A model generated the notes under the pieces. The model was not told the DNA's origin. It saw nothing but the letters and a program-made list of their open reading frames with translations, and ran no database searches. From assembly GCA_964424305.1 (NCBI GenBank), contig CAYRHW010000004.1:9708-73707 (forward strand): a DNA stretch of 64,000 bases, written 5' to 3'. Source of the DNA: an uncultured Candidatus Saccharibacteria bacterium (GTDB lineage Bacteria > Patescibacteriota > Minisyncoccia > Minisyncoccales > Staskawiczbacteraceae). Positions 1 through 10,568 of this stretch are shown here, piece after piece (position 1 is the first letter of the stretch; each line of letters opens with the position of its first letter). A program made the position numbers and the translations under genes.

Positions 1-1209
1 AGGGTCTGTCATTTTGGTAATCAATACATCCCCCGGTTGGAATTGGGAGAGTTTCGAAACATCGCTTATTACCTTAACCTTCCCTGTGCCAATTTTTTCA
101 CCAACAGCTATGCCAGTTAAAACTGGCTCCTTATCGGTTTTAAGTTGATACTCTTCTAAAAATGTTTCTGCTTGTTTGTTGTGAACCGTTTCTGGACGCG
201 ATTGAACGATGTATAGCTGACCTGTCTTGCCATCTTTCGCCCATTCAATGTCTTGGGGCATCCATTTGCCGAACTTAGCAGAATAGTGATCCTCAATTAT
301 CACCGCCCATTTGGCAAGGGTTAAAATATCTTCGTCATTTAATGAAAACTTCAGTTGATCAGCTACATTCACCTTTTGTTCTTTTATCCCACCGGCCGGA
401 GAATAAACATCTTTGATGCTCTTCCTCCCTAAATTTTTAACAATAATAGACTTATACCCTTCCTTTAGCGTTGGCTTGAAGATGTAAAACTCGTCTGGAG
501 TAATTCTTCCTTTTACGATTAGCTCTCCAAGGCCCCAAATAGAATTGATCAAGACAACATTAGAAAAACCAGTTTCTGTATCCAAGGTAAACATTATTCC
601 AGAAGAAGCTAAATCAGACCTAATCATTTTAAAAACCCCGATAGACAACCCAAACTCCATTTGCCCAATTTTCTTTTCATCCCTATAGGCTATGGCTCGA
701 TCAGTAAAGGTTGAGATAATACTATCTTTTACCGCTTTCAATAAATTGATCTCCCCTATCACATTTAAATAGGTTTCGAATTGACCAGCGAAGGAAGCAT
801 TTGGCATATCCTCTGCAACGCCGGAGGTTCTTACTGAAACATCGGGATTGGGTCCATATTTTTCAGCTAATTTGGTATAGGCGCTGAAAAGTTCCTTTTT
901 TAGATCTTCGGAGAATTGTCCTGTTTCAACTGCTTCCCTACATCTCTTTCCAACTTCTTGTATGCTTTTTACACTTTTAGCATCCATTCCCTTAAATATA
1001 TCCTCGAGGATTTTATCTAGCCCATTAGCTCTTAAAAACGCCCAATAGAAGTTAGTAGTTAAAGCGAAGCCTTCTAAGAGATTTACTCCCTTCGGGACTA
1101 AATTAACATACATCTCTCCCAAAGAACCGTTTTTCCCACCAACCAATGGGACATCCTCAATTCCTATTTCCGAAAGCCATAAAATATGTTTTTGAGATTT
1201 TTCTGTCAT
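1..1209 (-). CDS. ppsA: phosphoenolpyruvate synthase (pyruvate,water dikinase), N-terminal ~400 aa; rest of gene lies beyond window start
   Basis: Own minus-strand translation from ATG at 1209 gives MTEKSQKHILWLSEIGIEDVPLVGGKNGSLGEM...DIEWAKDGKTGQLYIVQSRPETV...GDVLITKMTDP. This is the PpsA ATP-grasp domain running into the phosphohistidine domain. It is absent from the ORF track because it runs off the edge. The ATG overlaps the ackA stop (ATGA). Confidence 0.85.
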   Translation of the reverse strand, partial: MTEKSQKHILWLSEIGIEDVPLVGGKNGSLGEMYVNLVPKGVNLLEGFALTTNFYWAFLRANGLDKILEDIFKGMDAKSVKSIQEVGKRCREAVETGQFSEDLKKELFSAYTKLAEKYGPNPDVSVRTSGVAEDMPNASFAGQFETYLNVIGEINLLKAVKDSIISTFTDRAIAYRDEKKIGQMEFGLSIGVFKMIRSDLASSGIMFTLDTETGFSNVVLINSIWGLGELIVKGRITPDEFYIFKPTLKEGYKSIIVKNLGRKSIKDVYSPAGGIKEQKVNVADQLKFSLNDEDILTLAKWAVIIEDHYSAKFGKWMPQDIEWAKDGKTGQLYIVQSRPETVHNKQAETFLEEYQLKTDKEPVLTGIAVGEKIGTGKVKVISDVSKLSQFQPGDVLITKMTDP

Positions 1210-2225
1210 AATATATTAACTATTTTAGTTGCTATTGCTAATTCCTCATCTGTTTGAATTGCTAAAATCTTTGTTTTATTTAATATCTTCAAGCTCTTAC
1301 AAGCCATACTTCTAATTTTTGCGGAACCTGACCCAATCGAGCCAGTGAACACTAAGACATCGCAGCCACCCATTACAGCAAAATATGCTCCAATATATTT
1401 TTGAATTGAATAAACGAAAATATCTAGCGCTAATTTAGCTTTTTCATCCCCCGCCTTTACGCTTTCCAAAACCTTAAGCATCTCACTCTGTCCGCATACT
1501 CCTTTTACGCCAGATTCCTTATTTAAAATTTCTCTTGTCCTTTCTAAAGAGAACTCTTTTACTAATTCTAGAACAACACCAGCGTCCAAATCTCCGGATC
1601 TAGTCATCATGACCAGTCCCTCTAACGGGGTGAAACCCATTGAGGTATCCACAGCCCTTCCTTTCTTAATAGCGGCAACGCTTGCACCCCCGCCCAGATG
1701 GCAAGTGATAATATTTAATTTAGAAAAAGGCTTTTTAATAATCTTCGCTGCCTCATTCGCTACATATTCATGGGAAGTACCATGGAAGCCATATCTTCTA
1801 AAGCCGAACTTTTTGACTACATCTTCTGGCAGGGCGTAGGTATAGGCAGCCGGCGGAAGGTTTGAAAAAAATTCTGTATCAAAAACAGCAAACTGAGGGA
1901 TACTCTTAAAAACACTTCTACTTACTTTAATTCCTAAAATATTGTAGGGATTATGCAGTGGAGCTAAAGTACTTAATTTTTCCAATTCCACTAAATTCCC
2001 TTCTGTAATTTTTAATGGTTTCACAAAAACACTTCCTCCGTGAACTACCCTATGAGCTATTGTCTTGATCTCGAATGAACTCATTCCTTTAAATTCGTCT
2101 TCTAGCGACGACTGAAAATTATTCCTATCCAAAACAGCCTTATTATTCTCTTTAACAAGCCTTAGCCTATCATCAAAAATCTTCCATTTGATTGACTGGC
2201 TGCCACAATTTAATACTAAAATCAT
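1206..2225 (-). CDS. ackA: acetate (short-chain acyl) kinase, short form
   Basis: N-terminus MILVLNCGSQSIKWKIF matches the AckA VLNCGSSS(L/I)K motif. GFHGTSHEY and ITCHLGGGASV motifs are also present. Confidence 0.85.
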   Translation of the reverse strand: MILVLNCGSQSIKWKIFDDRLRLVKENNKAVLDRNNFQSSLEDEFKGMSSFEIKTIAHRVVHGGSVFVKPLKITEGNLVELEKLSTLAPLHNPYNILGIKVSRSVFKSIPQFAVFDTEFFSNLPPAAYTYALPEDVVKKFGFRRYGFHGTSHEYVANEAAKIIKKPFSKLNIITCHLGGGASVAAIKKGRAVDTSMGFTPLEGLVMMTRSGDLDAGVVLELVKEFSLERTREILNKESGVKGVCGQSEMLKVLESVKAGDEKAKLALDIFVYSIQKYIGAYFAVMGGCDVLVFTGSIGSGSAKIRSMACKSLKILNKTKILAIQTDEELAIATKIVNIL

Positions 2226-2240
2226 TCTTTAAGTTACCGA

Positions 2241-2816
2241 CTATTTTTTAATTATTAAGATGCCCTCGCCAACCCTATTAATACCAGCTGCGTTTGCCTC
2301 GTCGGTGTCTATATGTAAGCAAAGTCTATAGTTATCACCGACTCGTACAACTATGTTGTTGAATATGACTTCCCTGTTGTCCCCTGCCATTACGGAAATA
2401 ACCTGCCCATTTTTCAATTTCAAAGATTTCGCCTCCTTCGTCGAACAGTGGATATGCCTCTGGGCGATGATCGCTCCTTCTTCAAATTTAACCTCTCCCT
2501 TCGGACCGATTAGAACAACCCCGGCAGATCCCTTTAAATCCCCGGATATTCTAATGGGTAATTTAATCCCCAACTCGATGGCATCTGTGATACTAACTTC
2601 TACTTGAGTTTTTGCTCTTATTGGACCGACCACCCTAACATTTTTTAACAGATTATCGGCTTTGATAGTTAAGGTTTCTTGAGCCGCAAAATCACTGGGT
2701 TGAGTTAGATCCTTCACCTTGTTTAATTGATACCCTATCCCAAAAAGGGATTCCAAATCCTTTTGCGCCAAATGGATATGTCTCGCTGAAACCTCAATCA
2801 AAATTTTAGTTTTCAT
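2241..2816 (-). CDS. pduL: PduL-type phosphate acyltransferase (phosphotransacetylase analogue)
   Basis: Duplicated SARHIHL / AQRHIHC motifs are typical of PduL. The gene sits directly upstream of ackA. Confidence 0.75.
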   Translation of the reverse strand: MKTKILIEVSARHIHLAQKDLESLFGIGYQLNKVKDLTQPSDFAAQETLTIKADNLLKNVRVVGPIRAKTQVEVSITDAIELGIKLPIRISGDLKGSAGVVLIGPKGEVKFEEGAIIAQRHIHCSTKEAKSLKLKNGQVISVMAGDNREVIFNNIVVRVGDNYRLCLHIDTDEANAAGINRVGEGILIIKK

Positions 2817-3208
2817 AACTGTTTAGTTATATAAAAAATGATAAATAGGAATAATCCCAGGAGATATAGGAGCCAATAACCTATTGTGCCAGAATAAACT
2901 ATCTTCCTGGTATTTTTCGCGATCATATGCAAGATTCCAGTTTTCTTCCTTTTGTTCCTAAAAGAATAAATTATCTCCAATACAAAATAGAGGGCCGGCG
3001 GAAAAATCGTAAAACCTAAAATTATTAGAGAAATGGTATACAGGATATTAAAAAAACTTTGGAATGCAACGTGTGTCTCACTATCAATTATGATAGTGAT
3101 GTCATAGGCGGTGATCAATACCCAAAAAAAAGTAAGAAGGATAGCAACGGCCACGCAAACCCCTAAAGAATATCCAATTATTTTTGGAACTTTTTTTGTT
3201 TCTGACAT
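2813..3208 (-). CDS. multi-pass membrane protein, unknown function
   Basis: The ORF has about 4 hydrophobic segments and a 4-nt overlap with pduL. Confidence 0.5.
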   Translation of the reverse strand: MSETKKVPKIIGYSLGVCVAVAILLTFFWVLITAYDITIIIDSETHVAFQSFFNILYTISLIILGFTIFPPALYFVLEIIYSFRNKRKKTGILHMIAKNTRKIVYSGTIGYWLLYLLGLFLFIIFYITKQL

Positions 3209-3280
3209 TACCCTATTTTATCACAGTTGTATTTTATTTAAAACAAAAAGGTGGATTGCTCCACCTCCCTTGTTTACATA

Positions 3281-3745
3281 TTAATTAATCTTACTACTCA
3301 CCCAATCCTCCGGGCCACTAACTTTCCAAGCCCCATTTTCTTTTACCACACTTATTAGTCCGACCCCTTCATTATCTTTTGTATATGCAATAATTACCGC
3401 ATCATTCCCGGTAATGCTTTCTGAAATGGTGTCTACGCGGATATCACTGAGCGGAACTACGCGAGCTTTTAAGGCTTCGAACACCTCCTCTCTTTGATCA
3501 GCGGGGATAGATTGCAATTTGAAATTATTCTCCTGGAAAAATTCGTCCGTCAGATACTTCCTATAGACAGCGGCCATGCCAGCAAAGTCTTTTACGTTAG
3601 CCGCCTCCGTCTTTAAGGCTAAGTATACCTCCTTCGGACTCATTATAATTGTGGTTTGTTGTGTGCCAGGAATTCTTACCGAAAAATAACCTAGTGCAAC
3701 AACGATAATTATTAATAAGGCTCCAACTAATAATACTTTCTTCAT
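3281..3745 (-). CDS. membrane-anchored or exported hypothetical protein
   Basis: Has an N-terminal signal anchor (KKVLLVGALLIIIVVALGYF). No recognised domain. Confidence 0.5.
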   Translation of the reverse strand: MKKVLLVGALLIIIVVALGYFSVRIPGTQQTTIIMSPKEVYLALKTEAANVKDFAGMAAVYRKYLTDEFFQENNFKLQSIPADQREEVFEALKARVVPLSDIRVDTISESITGNDAVIIAYTKDNEGVGLISVVKENGAWKVSGPEDWVSSKIN

Positions 3746-3751
3746 ATATTA

Positions 3752-4117
3752 TTATTTTTTATACTTTCCGTCGTGTCCTCCTAGACGAGTGTTTGTATGC
3801 TTCCCCTTTACTTTTCCTATGGGAAACCTTTTTTTATTATCTGCGATCGTCCATTTAACCGCTTCATCGATATCAACGCCCGCTGAATTTGCTAATAGGG
3901 ATAAAAACCAAGAGATGTCACCAATTGCGTCTTTAACTTCGTCTTTATTATCTACTAGTGCCCTATTCGCTTCTTCCCGACTTTTCAACCATTTCACTAT
4001 ATTTCTTAACTCCCCCACCTCTTCGACGATTCCCAACAACAAGTCCTTTGGATCAAAAAATTGGTTCCATTCTCTCTCGTCGCAAAACTTTTTTATTTCT
4101 CCTTGATATTGATTCAT
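3752..4117 (-). CDS. MazG-like nucleotide pyrophosphohydrolase
   Basis: Contains the EEVGELRNIVKW and DEV..AIGD helical EExxE/D pattern of the small MazG family. Confidence 0.6.
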   Translation of the reverse strand: MNQYQGEIKKFCDEREWNQFFDPKDLLLGIVEEVGELRNIVKWLKSREEANRALVDNKDEVKDAIGDISWFLSLLANSAGVDIDEAVKWTIADNKKRFPIGKVKGKHTNTRLGGHDGKYKK

Positions 4118-4125
4118 TGTTCAAA

Positions 4126-5127
4126 CTATATCTCTTTCCCAACAAACTCTGCAAATTCTGCCAATCTACACGAATAGCCCCATTCGTTATCGTACCAGCC
4201 AATCACTTTTATCATATTCCCAATAACCATTGTCATCAACGAGTCCACAACAGCAGAGTGCGAATCTCCAATGAAATCAGAAGAAACCAACGGCTCACTT
4301 ATCACCTGTAAAATTCCTTTTAAGTCTTTCTCGGCTGCCCGGAAAGCTGCATTAACTTCTTCTATGGTGACTGCTTTCTCCACCTCGACAACCAAGTCTA
4401 GATTTGAAACCGTCGGCGTTGGAACCCTTACCGATATACCATCTACTTTTCCTTTTAGATCTGGGATTACCTTCCCCAGCGCCTTAGCTGCTCCAGTTGA
4501 TGTCGGGATGATATTTATTGCCGCTGCCCTTGCGCGCCTTAAATCTTTGTGGGGAAGATCTAAAATCCGTTGATCATTTGTATAACTATGGATAGTCGTC
4601 ATAAACCCTTTAACTATCTTAAAGTTATCATTTAAAACCTTGGCAATGGGTGCTATACAATTTGTAGTGCATGAACCCATATCAACAATTTTATCGCTCT
4701 TTGGGTCGAACTTTTCTGCATTTACACCCAAAACATAGCTTGGTATGTCGCTATCCTTAGCTGGAGCTGAAATGATTACCTGTTTTGCTCCTGCCTTTAA
4801 ATGCTTTCCAGCCCCTTCCCTATCAGTGAATAAACCAGTGCATTCCAAAACAACGTCAACACCTAAATCAGCCCAGGGCAATTTTTCTGGATCTTTCTCT
4901 GAGAAAATTTTTATTTCTTTCTTCCCAACCGTTAAACTGTTCTCCGTAAAATCTACATCCTTCGCGTAACGCCCATAGGTAGAATCATATTTCAAAAGAT
5001 GCGCTAAAGTTTTTGTGTCGGTTAAATCATTAATCGCCACTATGTGCAAGTTTGGATGTTCGTCCAATATTCTACGGAAGGTATTCCGACCTATCCTGCC
5101 AAAACCATTTATAGCGATTTTTATCAT
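4126..5127 (-). CDS. gap: glyceraldehyde-3-phosphate dehydrogenase
   Basis: [10 protein letters not shown] and SCTTNC active-site motifs. Confidence 0.95.
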   Translation of the reverse strand: MIKIAINGFGRIGRNTFRRILDEHPNLHIVAINDLTDTKTLAHLLKYDSTYGRYAKDVDFTENSLTVGKKEIKIFSEKDPEKLPWADLGVDVVLECTGLFTDREGAGKHLKAGAKQVIISAPAKDSDIPSYVLGVNAEKFDPKSDKIVDMGSCTTNCIAPIAKVLNDNFKIVKGFMTTIHSYTNDQRILDLPHKDLRRARAAAINIIPTSTGAAKALGKVIPDLKGKVDGISVRVPTPTVSNLDLVVEVEKAVTIEEVNAAFRAAEKDLKGILQVISEPLVSSDFIGDSHSAVVDSLMTMVIGNMIKVIGWYDNEWGYSCRLAEFAEFVGKEI

Positions 5128-5133
5128 AATGAT

Positions 5134-5373
5134 TTACTCTTTAATTTTTAACAACTCGTTAATTTTACCTTTGTCGAAACCAATGATAAATTGTCCGTCA
5201 ATGTCTACAACTGGCACACTCATTTGCCCGGACTTTTCGATCATCTCATCTAGAAGTTTATCGTTGCTAGAAACATCTATATCTTCAAAAGATACATCGT
5301 GGTTTTTCATATACCCTTTGAGCGTTTGGCAATAAACACAACTTGGCGTTGAGAATATTCTTACCTTTTGCAT
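5134..5373 (-). CDS. glutaredoxin/NrdH-like small redoxin
   Basis: 79 aa with a CVYC redox motif near the N-terminus. Confidence 0.7.
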   Translation of the reverse strand: MQKVRIFSTPSCVYCQTLKGYMKNHDVSFEDIDVSSNDKLLDEMIEKSGQMSVPVVDIDGQFIIGFDKGKINELLKIKE

Positions 5374-5388
5374 ATTAGAAATAGTTAT

Positions 5389-6456
5389 TTATTGAGCTGG
5401 AGCACAATTCGCACCAGTGCCAGTACCTGTTCCAGATCCTGAAGTTCCGTCACCGTAGGTCTTTGAGAAACTAGTTGCTGCAGAATCCTTAGAAAGCTCG
5501 GTTGCGCAGTAGCCTCCTTGAGTTGTTGATCCACAACAGATAATTTGTTTCAAAGCATCTTCTGTCCTACCACCAAAAGAGAATTCGTCTGTCTTGTCTC
5601 CGTTGATAAACAATGTTGGAGACCCAGAAACACCCAATTGGTTCGCTAAATCAAAGTCACTTTGGGCAAATTTTAATCCTCTATTTGGATCTGTCATGCA
5701 GGCAGTAAGCTTTGCCTTATCAACCCCAGCCGATGTTAAACACTCAGTAGTCTTTCCTTCCTGCATATGGCATGAAAGATACGACCAATATTTGGTTGTC
5801 TCTTCCCTTAAACAAATCTGCCTTAGATTCTCCTGAGCTTCTTCATCTCCATGCATTGAAGTAATTTTTCCATTCTCAATGGTACCAAAATACCTTACCG
5901 TTATATTCTCTTTTGTGGCTGGAGCGTCCTTTATTAATTGGCTAAGGACTCTCTGCATTTGCAAGCCATAGGGACACTTACTTACGACGAAGGCCTCGAC
6001 GCTCGCCTTATCAACCTTTTTTACTGCATCGCAGGTTGTAACCGCAGTGGTATCGGTCGGTGTTCCGGTGTCACCCACTTTTGCCTCCATATCTATTGGG
6101 ACTCCTTGCATCTCTGGAAAAATGTATCTTCCTTCTTTGGTCACATAAATTGTATTATCTTGATCTTGCCCGTTATAGTTTACGGTGAATACGACCTTGT
6201 AAAGATCGCTAAATTTTTCTGCACTTTTGAATACTGCCTTAATTCCACTATCATTCACCTCTATGTATGTTTTACTAACGTATTCCACTGCTTTCCTGCC
6301 AACAGCTTCTGCCTGTGGGGTTTTAAATACGAAATAGTAAACAGAGAGACCAACCACACCCAAAACAACGACAATCACAATGATTGCTATAAAAAGATTA
6401 TTTTTGATATCTTTGCAAACCTTCGCACACGAATTTTTTATTGCGTCTAACATCAT
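5389..6456 (-). CDS. membrane-anchored thioredoxin-fold (DsbA-like) protein with Cys-rich region and GT-repeat C-terminus
   Basis: TM anchor, a VVSKCPYG thioredoxin-like site, many Cys residues, and a C-terminal GSGTGTGTG tail. Confidence 0.5.
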   Translation of the reverse strand: MMLDAIKNSCAKVCKDIKNNLFIAIIVIVVVLGVVGLSVYYFVFKTPQAEAVGRKAVEYVSKTYIEVNDSGIKAVFKSAEKFSDLYKVVFTVNYNGQDQDNTIYVTKEGRYIFPEMQGVPIDMEAKVGDTGTPTDTTAVTTCDAVKKVDKASVEAFVVSKCPYGLQMQRVLSQLIKDAPATKENITVRYFGTIENGKITSMHGDEEAQENLRQICLREETTKYWSYLSCHMQEGKTTECLTSAGVDKAKLTACMTDPNRGLKFAQSDFDLANQLGVSGSPTLFINGDKTDEFSFGGRTEDALKQIICCGSTTQGGYCATELSKDSAATSFSKTYGDGTSGSGTGTGTGANCAPAQ

Positions 6457-6547
6457 GCTTTTTTTTCCGCCAATTGGCGAATATTTATTAATTATTAATT
6501 TTTAATATTTATTAGTTTACCACGAAAGTAAATCTACAACAAATTTT

Positions 6548-7225
6548 CTACGAAGTCACCTTATTTTTTACTTTCAACTTATCGTCAAACTCGTATATTT
6601 TTAACCCAGCGTAAGGTATCTCCAGATTAATAATATCTTTGTCTGATATTTTCTCTATACTCTTTACTATCGCCCTTAATGCATTGTGACTTGCCACCAC
6701 CAAAACATTGTCACCCTTCTTTAAGTCCTTTTCTATATATTTCTGATAAAAAGGGATGACCCTTTTTATAACATCTTTAAGACTTTCTCCTCCGGGCGGA
6801 GCCACGGCATAACTTCTCCTCCACAATTGAACCTTATCTTTACCATATTCCTGCATCGCGATATCTTTATTTATCCCCTGTAACTTTCCGTAATGCCTTT
6901 CATTCAGTTTCTCCGAAACGAAAACTTTCACATCATTATCTCCAGAATATTCATATTTTCCTAACGCCTGCATTTTCCCTCCGTCTAAATGGCAAAATGT
7001 CGGATACCCTTTATTATACTCAAACATTCTAGCCACTGTATCCATATTTCGAAATAGAACAGAACAATAAACCTTATTAATTTTATAACGATTAATTGTC
7101 TTATCTGCTAAAACTTTCGCGTCATAAACCTCATCTTCATCCAAGGGATCATCTGTCCAACCAGTAAATCTATTTTCCTTATTCCATTGAGATTTTATAT
7201 GCCGTAATAGAAATAATTTTGCCAT
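6548..7225 (-). CDS. gpmA: histidine-phosphatase family phosphoglycerate mutase (dPGM-like)
   Basis: LLRHIKSQWN (the RHGxSxWN motif) and ASHNALRA (the second catalytic His). The gene lies next to eno. Confidence 0.75.
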   Translation of the reverse strand: MAKLFLLRHIKSQWNKENRFTGWTDDPLDEDEVYDAKVLADKTINRYKINKVYCSVLFRNMDTVARMFEYNKGYPTFCHLDGGKMQALGKYEYSGDNDVKVFVSEKLNERHYGKLQGINKDIAMQEYGKDKVQLWRRSYAVAPPGGESLKDVIKRVIPFYQKYIEKDLKKGDNVLVVASHNALRAIVKSIEKISDKDIINLEIPYAGLKIYEFDDKLKVKNKVTS

Positions 7226-7237
7226 AGCTATAAATAA

Positions 7238-8461
7238 CTACTTCGAAGTTAGCTCTTTTTCTATCTCCAATAATCTATTATACTTTGCCGCACGTTCTTT
7301 TGTAAGGGGGGCACCGGACTTAATAAAGTCCGCCTCAATCCCCACTGCTAAATCGGCAATAAAATCGTCGCAGGTTTCTCCCGACCTATGCGACACAATT
7401 ATTTTCCAGCCAAATTCTTTAGCTAACTTTGCAGCGCCCAAAGCTTCGGTCACCGTACCTATCTGATTTGGTTTTAGGATTAGTCCGTTACAGGCCTTCC
7501 TATTTTGAGCCTCCTGTATTCTTTTAATATTCGTTGTTAGCAGATCATCTCCTACAATTGTGATCCTGTCAGACAACTTTTTTGTGATGTCCTCAAAACC
7601 TTGCCAATCATCTTCGGAGTACGCATCCTCGATGAATATGATTGGGAATCGACTTATTAAATCTTCGTAAAAATCTGACAGACCCGATCGCATCAATTCC
7701 TTGCCATCTATAGTATATTTATCTTCGCTGAAGAGCTGAGAGGCTGCAACGTCTAGGCCTATCTTTGTGTCGGGATGATTGGCAGTTGCATTTTTTAGCA
7801 AAAAGAGGGCTTCCTCGGTTCTATTAATTTTTGGGGCAAAGCCTCCCTCATCTCCAGACTCGATTTTATCCCCCGGATAAGATTTCTCTAGTATCTCTTT
7901 TAAACTGCTAAACAACTCGCTACCAATTTTAAAATTCTCCTGGAACATATCTTTCTGCGGAATAACCATAAATTCTTGGACATCTAAATCATTTCCTGCG
8001 TGCGCGCCTCCTTCAATTATATTAAAACAAGGTTTCGGCATTGGATAAATATTTGTTTTCCCAGAGAAATCAAAAATCTCTCTTATATATTTAAAAAGTG
8101 GTATTTCCTTTTCGGCTGCAAAGGCTCTACAAGCCGCAATGGATACCGGCAGGATTGCGTTAACTCCTAATTTTGATTTATTCTCTGTCCCATCTAGTTT
8201 TATTAGAAGATCGTCTACCTCCCCCTGACTACCGAATTCTTTACCTTTTAACTCCTTATTTATCTTTCTTACATTGGCTTGGGCAATTTTAATTCCTTTT
8301 CCATCGCGGTCTCTTAATTCAATCGCTTCGTGTTTTCCAGTTGAAGCACCCGAAGGAGCTGCTCCCAAAAACACTCCCTTGTCTGTTTCTAACTCAACCT
8401 CAACAGTTGGGTTGCCCCGTGAGTCTAAAATCTGTTTTGTCTTTATATTTTTAATTTTCAT
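7238..8461 (-). CDS. eno: enolase
   Basis: ILDSRGNPTVEVE, SHRSGET and LLLK-type motifs. Confidence 0.95.
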   Translation of the reverse strand: MKIKNIKTKQILDSRGNPTVEVELETDKGVFLGAAPSGASTGKHEAIELRDRDGKGIKIAQANVRKINKELKGKEFGSQGEVDDLLIKLDGTENKSKLGVNAILPVSIAACRAFAAEKEIPLFKYIREIFDFSGKTNIYPMPKPCFNIIEGGAHAGNDLDVQEFMVIPQKDMFQENFKIGSELFSSLKEILEKSYPGDKIESGDEGGFAPKINRTEEALFLLKNATANHPDTKIGLDVAASQLFSEDKYTIDGKELMRSGLSDFYEDLISRFPIIFIEDAYSEDDWQGFEDITKKLSDRITIVGDDLLTTNIKRIQEAQNRKACNGLILKPNQIGTVTEALGAAKLAKEFGWKIIVSHRSGETCDDFIADLAVGIEADFIKSGAPLTKERAAKYNRLLEIEKELTSK

Positions 8462-8486
8462 CTTTTCGACAGTTTGCTTCAGTTAT

Positions 8487-9035
8487 TTATGATGACGCTG
8501 AAATATTAATCTGGCACCAAGTATTACCCGACCCATCGTCGTCGGGATAATCGGAGTAAACGACTGTCCCCCTGCCACATTTTTGATTTACTCCTTCTAA
8601 AAACCACCAGATCCTCCCCGCGTTGCATATCCCAGTCAAAGCAGACCGAGAAGAACAGCGATACACATATCCTCGCCATTTCTCATATTTAAGGTCTATG
8701 ACAAAATTATCAAATGGTAATGAAGAAAAATAGTTTAGAAAAATGGAATGAATAGATATAGATGTTGGGGAACTGTCATCAAAACCACAAGGGCCGCCCG
8801 AAGGATCTCCCAAACAATGAAAAACCGTGTCTCCAGGATCCGGAGCTTCCCCATTGTCGTTGATGGCCATTTGGACAGCAGTTGCATAGCTATTGATATC
8901 TGTATTTCTCTTTGCATTCCTTGCGTTAACTCTTACCCCCATTATGGAAACTACTGTAATCGAAGCCAGTATCCCAATAATTGCGATAGCAACCAGAAGC
9001 TCAATTAATGTAAATCCTTTTTTAAAAGCGTCCAT
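8487..9035 (-). CDS. type IV pilin-like protein (prepilin N-terminal motif, Cys-rich globular domain)
   Basis: [20 protein letters not shown] prepilin cleavage/methylation motif. The likely start is Met12 of the listed ORF (9035). Paralogous to the upstream gene. Confidence 0.8.
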   Translation of the reverse strand: MDAFKKGFTLIELLVAIAIIGILASITVVSIMGVRVNARNAKRNTDINSYATAVQMAINDNGEAPDPGDTVFHCLGDPSGGPCGFDDSSPTSISIHSIFLNYFSSLPFDNFVIDLKYEKWRGYVYRCSSRSALTGICNAGRIWWFLEGVNQKCGRGTVVYSDYPDDDGSGNTWCQINISASS

Positions 9036-9040
9036 ATGTT

Positions 9041-9574
9041 TTACAATGTTGGGAAGAAAAAAGAACAAAAAGAATCTCCAGAAGGATCAGGACCAACATA
9101 CATACCCTTACCACAAGATTTATCCAAACCCTCTAGGCTCCATCCGATCGTAGCAGACTTACATAAGTTCGCCGTTCTGGTCAAACACCTATAAACATAA
9201 CCATTCCAGGTGACAGTACCACCATGGCTTATGGGGTCACCAGTGGGGAAAGAGGTATAGTTCTGCAATGCTGCATTCACCCCTGGCGAAACGGATACAC
9301 CATTATTCGGGCCACAAAATCCGCTAGGGTATGTCCCCAAACAATAAGAGCCGAAAGTATCTCCTGGGTCGGGCCATTCATTGTTTTCATACATAGCCTC
9401 ATAGCTAGCAGTTATGTAGTTATTTACATCTACAGTTCTCTTTATATTCCTCGCCTTTCGCCTAACATCCGACACAGAAACAATCACGATCGAAGCCAAT
9501 ATCCCAATAATTGCAATAACGACCAGGAGTTCGATTAATGTAAATCCTTTTTTATTTCTTTTTAAGATATTCAT
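9041..9574 (-). CDS. type IV pilin-like protein
   Basis: [20 protein letters not shown] motif. Shares PDPGDT, GYVYRC and LEG..CGKG blocks with its neighbour. Confidence 0.8.
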   Translation of the reverse strand: MNILKRNKKGFTLIELLVVIAIIGILASIVIVSVSDVRRKARNIKRTVDVNNYITASYEAMYENNEWPDPGDTFGSYCLGTYPSGFCGPNNGVSVSPGVNAALQNYTSFPTGDPISHGGTVTWNGYVYRCLTRTANLCKSATIGWSLEGLDKSCGKGMYVGPDPSGDSFCSFFFPTL

Positions 9575-10475
9575 ATGCAGCTAAAGCAGCCTTACATCCT
9601 TCCCCGGCTGCTGTTACAATTTGCTTATACTTTCCCACATTTACGTCCCCAACAGCAAATAATCCCGGTGTTTTAGTTTGAAAAGTTTCAAATTCAACTA
9701 CAATTTCATCGCTTTTATTAAAATCAACCAATTCCCTAACAAAGGCGGTCGCCGGTTGATAACCGATGGCTACAAATACCCCACTGACGGCAAGTGTTTT
9801 TATCTCCTTTGTGTTTTGATCTTCATAGACCAATGCATTTACCATTTTTTCTCCTCTTACCTCTTTTACTGCGGCTCTTGTTATTATCTCAATTTTACCA
9901 GATTTCCTTGCTTCCTCTTGATTCTCTAAATCTGCTTTCACTTCGGCCCCATATTCTAAAAGATAAATCTTAGTAGCATAGTTTGTCATAAATAATGCTG
10001 CCTCGAAGCCAGCATTCCCTCCCCCAACAACTGCAACCACCTTATTTTTAAACAATGGCCCATCGCAGGTGACGCAATAACACACTCCCTTTCCAATAAA
10101 TTCTTTTTCTCCAATTGCCTCAAGCGGCCTAGGGTCCGACCCAGTGGCAACGATAACTGACTTACTAGATATTGTTTCTTTATCAGCAGTCGTCACAATA
10201 AAATCATTCCCCTCTTTCTCAACCTTATTCACTACTGCAAATTTCTTTTCAACAAATTCTTGCTTATCTAAATGTTCGACAAACTTTTGTATTAATTCTG
10301 GTCCAGCAATTTTAGGAAATCCAGGGTAGTTGCAAACTTCGGTGGCTTTCTTCGCCATTTGCCCGCCGTATTCCTTTGTAATTAAAAGAGTATTTAATCT
10401 CTGTCGGCTTGCATAAATAGCCGCGGTGATACCCCCGGCTCCCCCACCGATTATAATAAGGTCATAATTTATCAT
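9552..10475 (-). CDS. trxB: thioredoxin-disulfide reductase
   Basis: GGGAGG FAD site, CVTCDG redox site and GGGNAG NADPH site. Confidence 0.9.
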   Translation of the reverse strand: MINYDLIIIGGGAGGITAAIYASRQRLNTLLITKEYGGQMAKKATEVCNYPGFPKIAGPELIQKFVEHLDKQEFVEKKFAVVNKVEKEGNDFIVTTADKETISSKSVIVATGSDPRPLEAIGEKEFIGKGVCYCVTCDGPLFKNKVVAVVGGGNAGFEAALFMTNYATKIYLLEYGAEVKADLENQEEARKSGKIEIITRAAVKEVRGEKMVNALVYEDQNTKEIKTLAVSGVFVAIGYQPATAFVRELVDFNKSDEIVVEFETFQTKTPGLFAVGDVNVGKYKQIVTAAGEGCKAALAAYEYLKKK

Positions 10476-10568
10476 ATTTTATTACGTATTTATATATTCT
10501 ACATCACCCAACATTAAATGAAAAGCGATCCCAACATAATGTCAGGACCGCCTATTTTTTACTTAATG

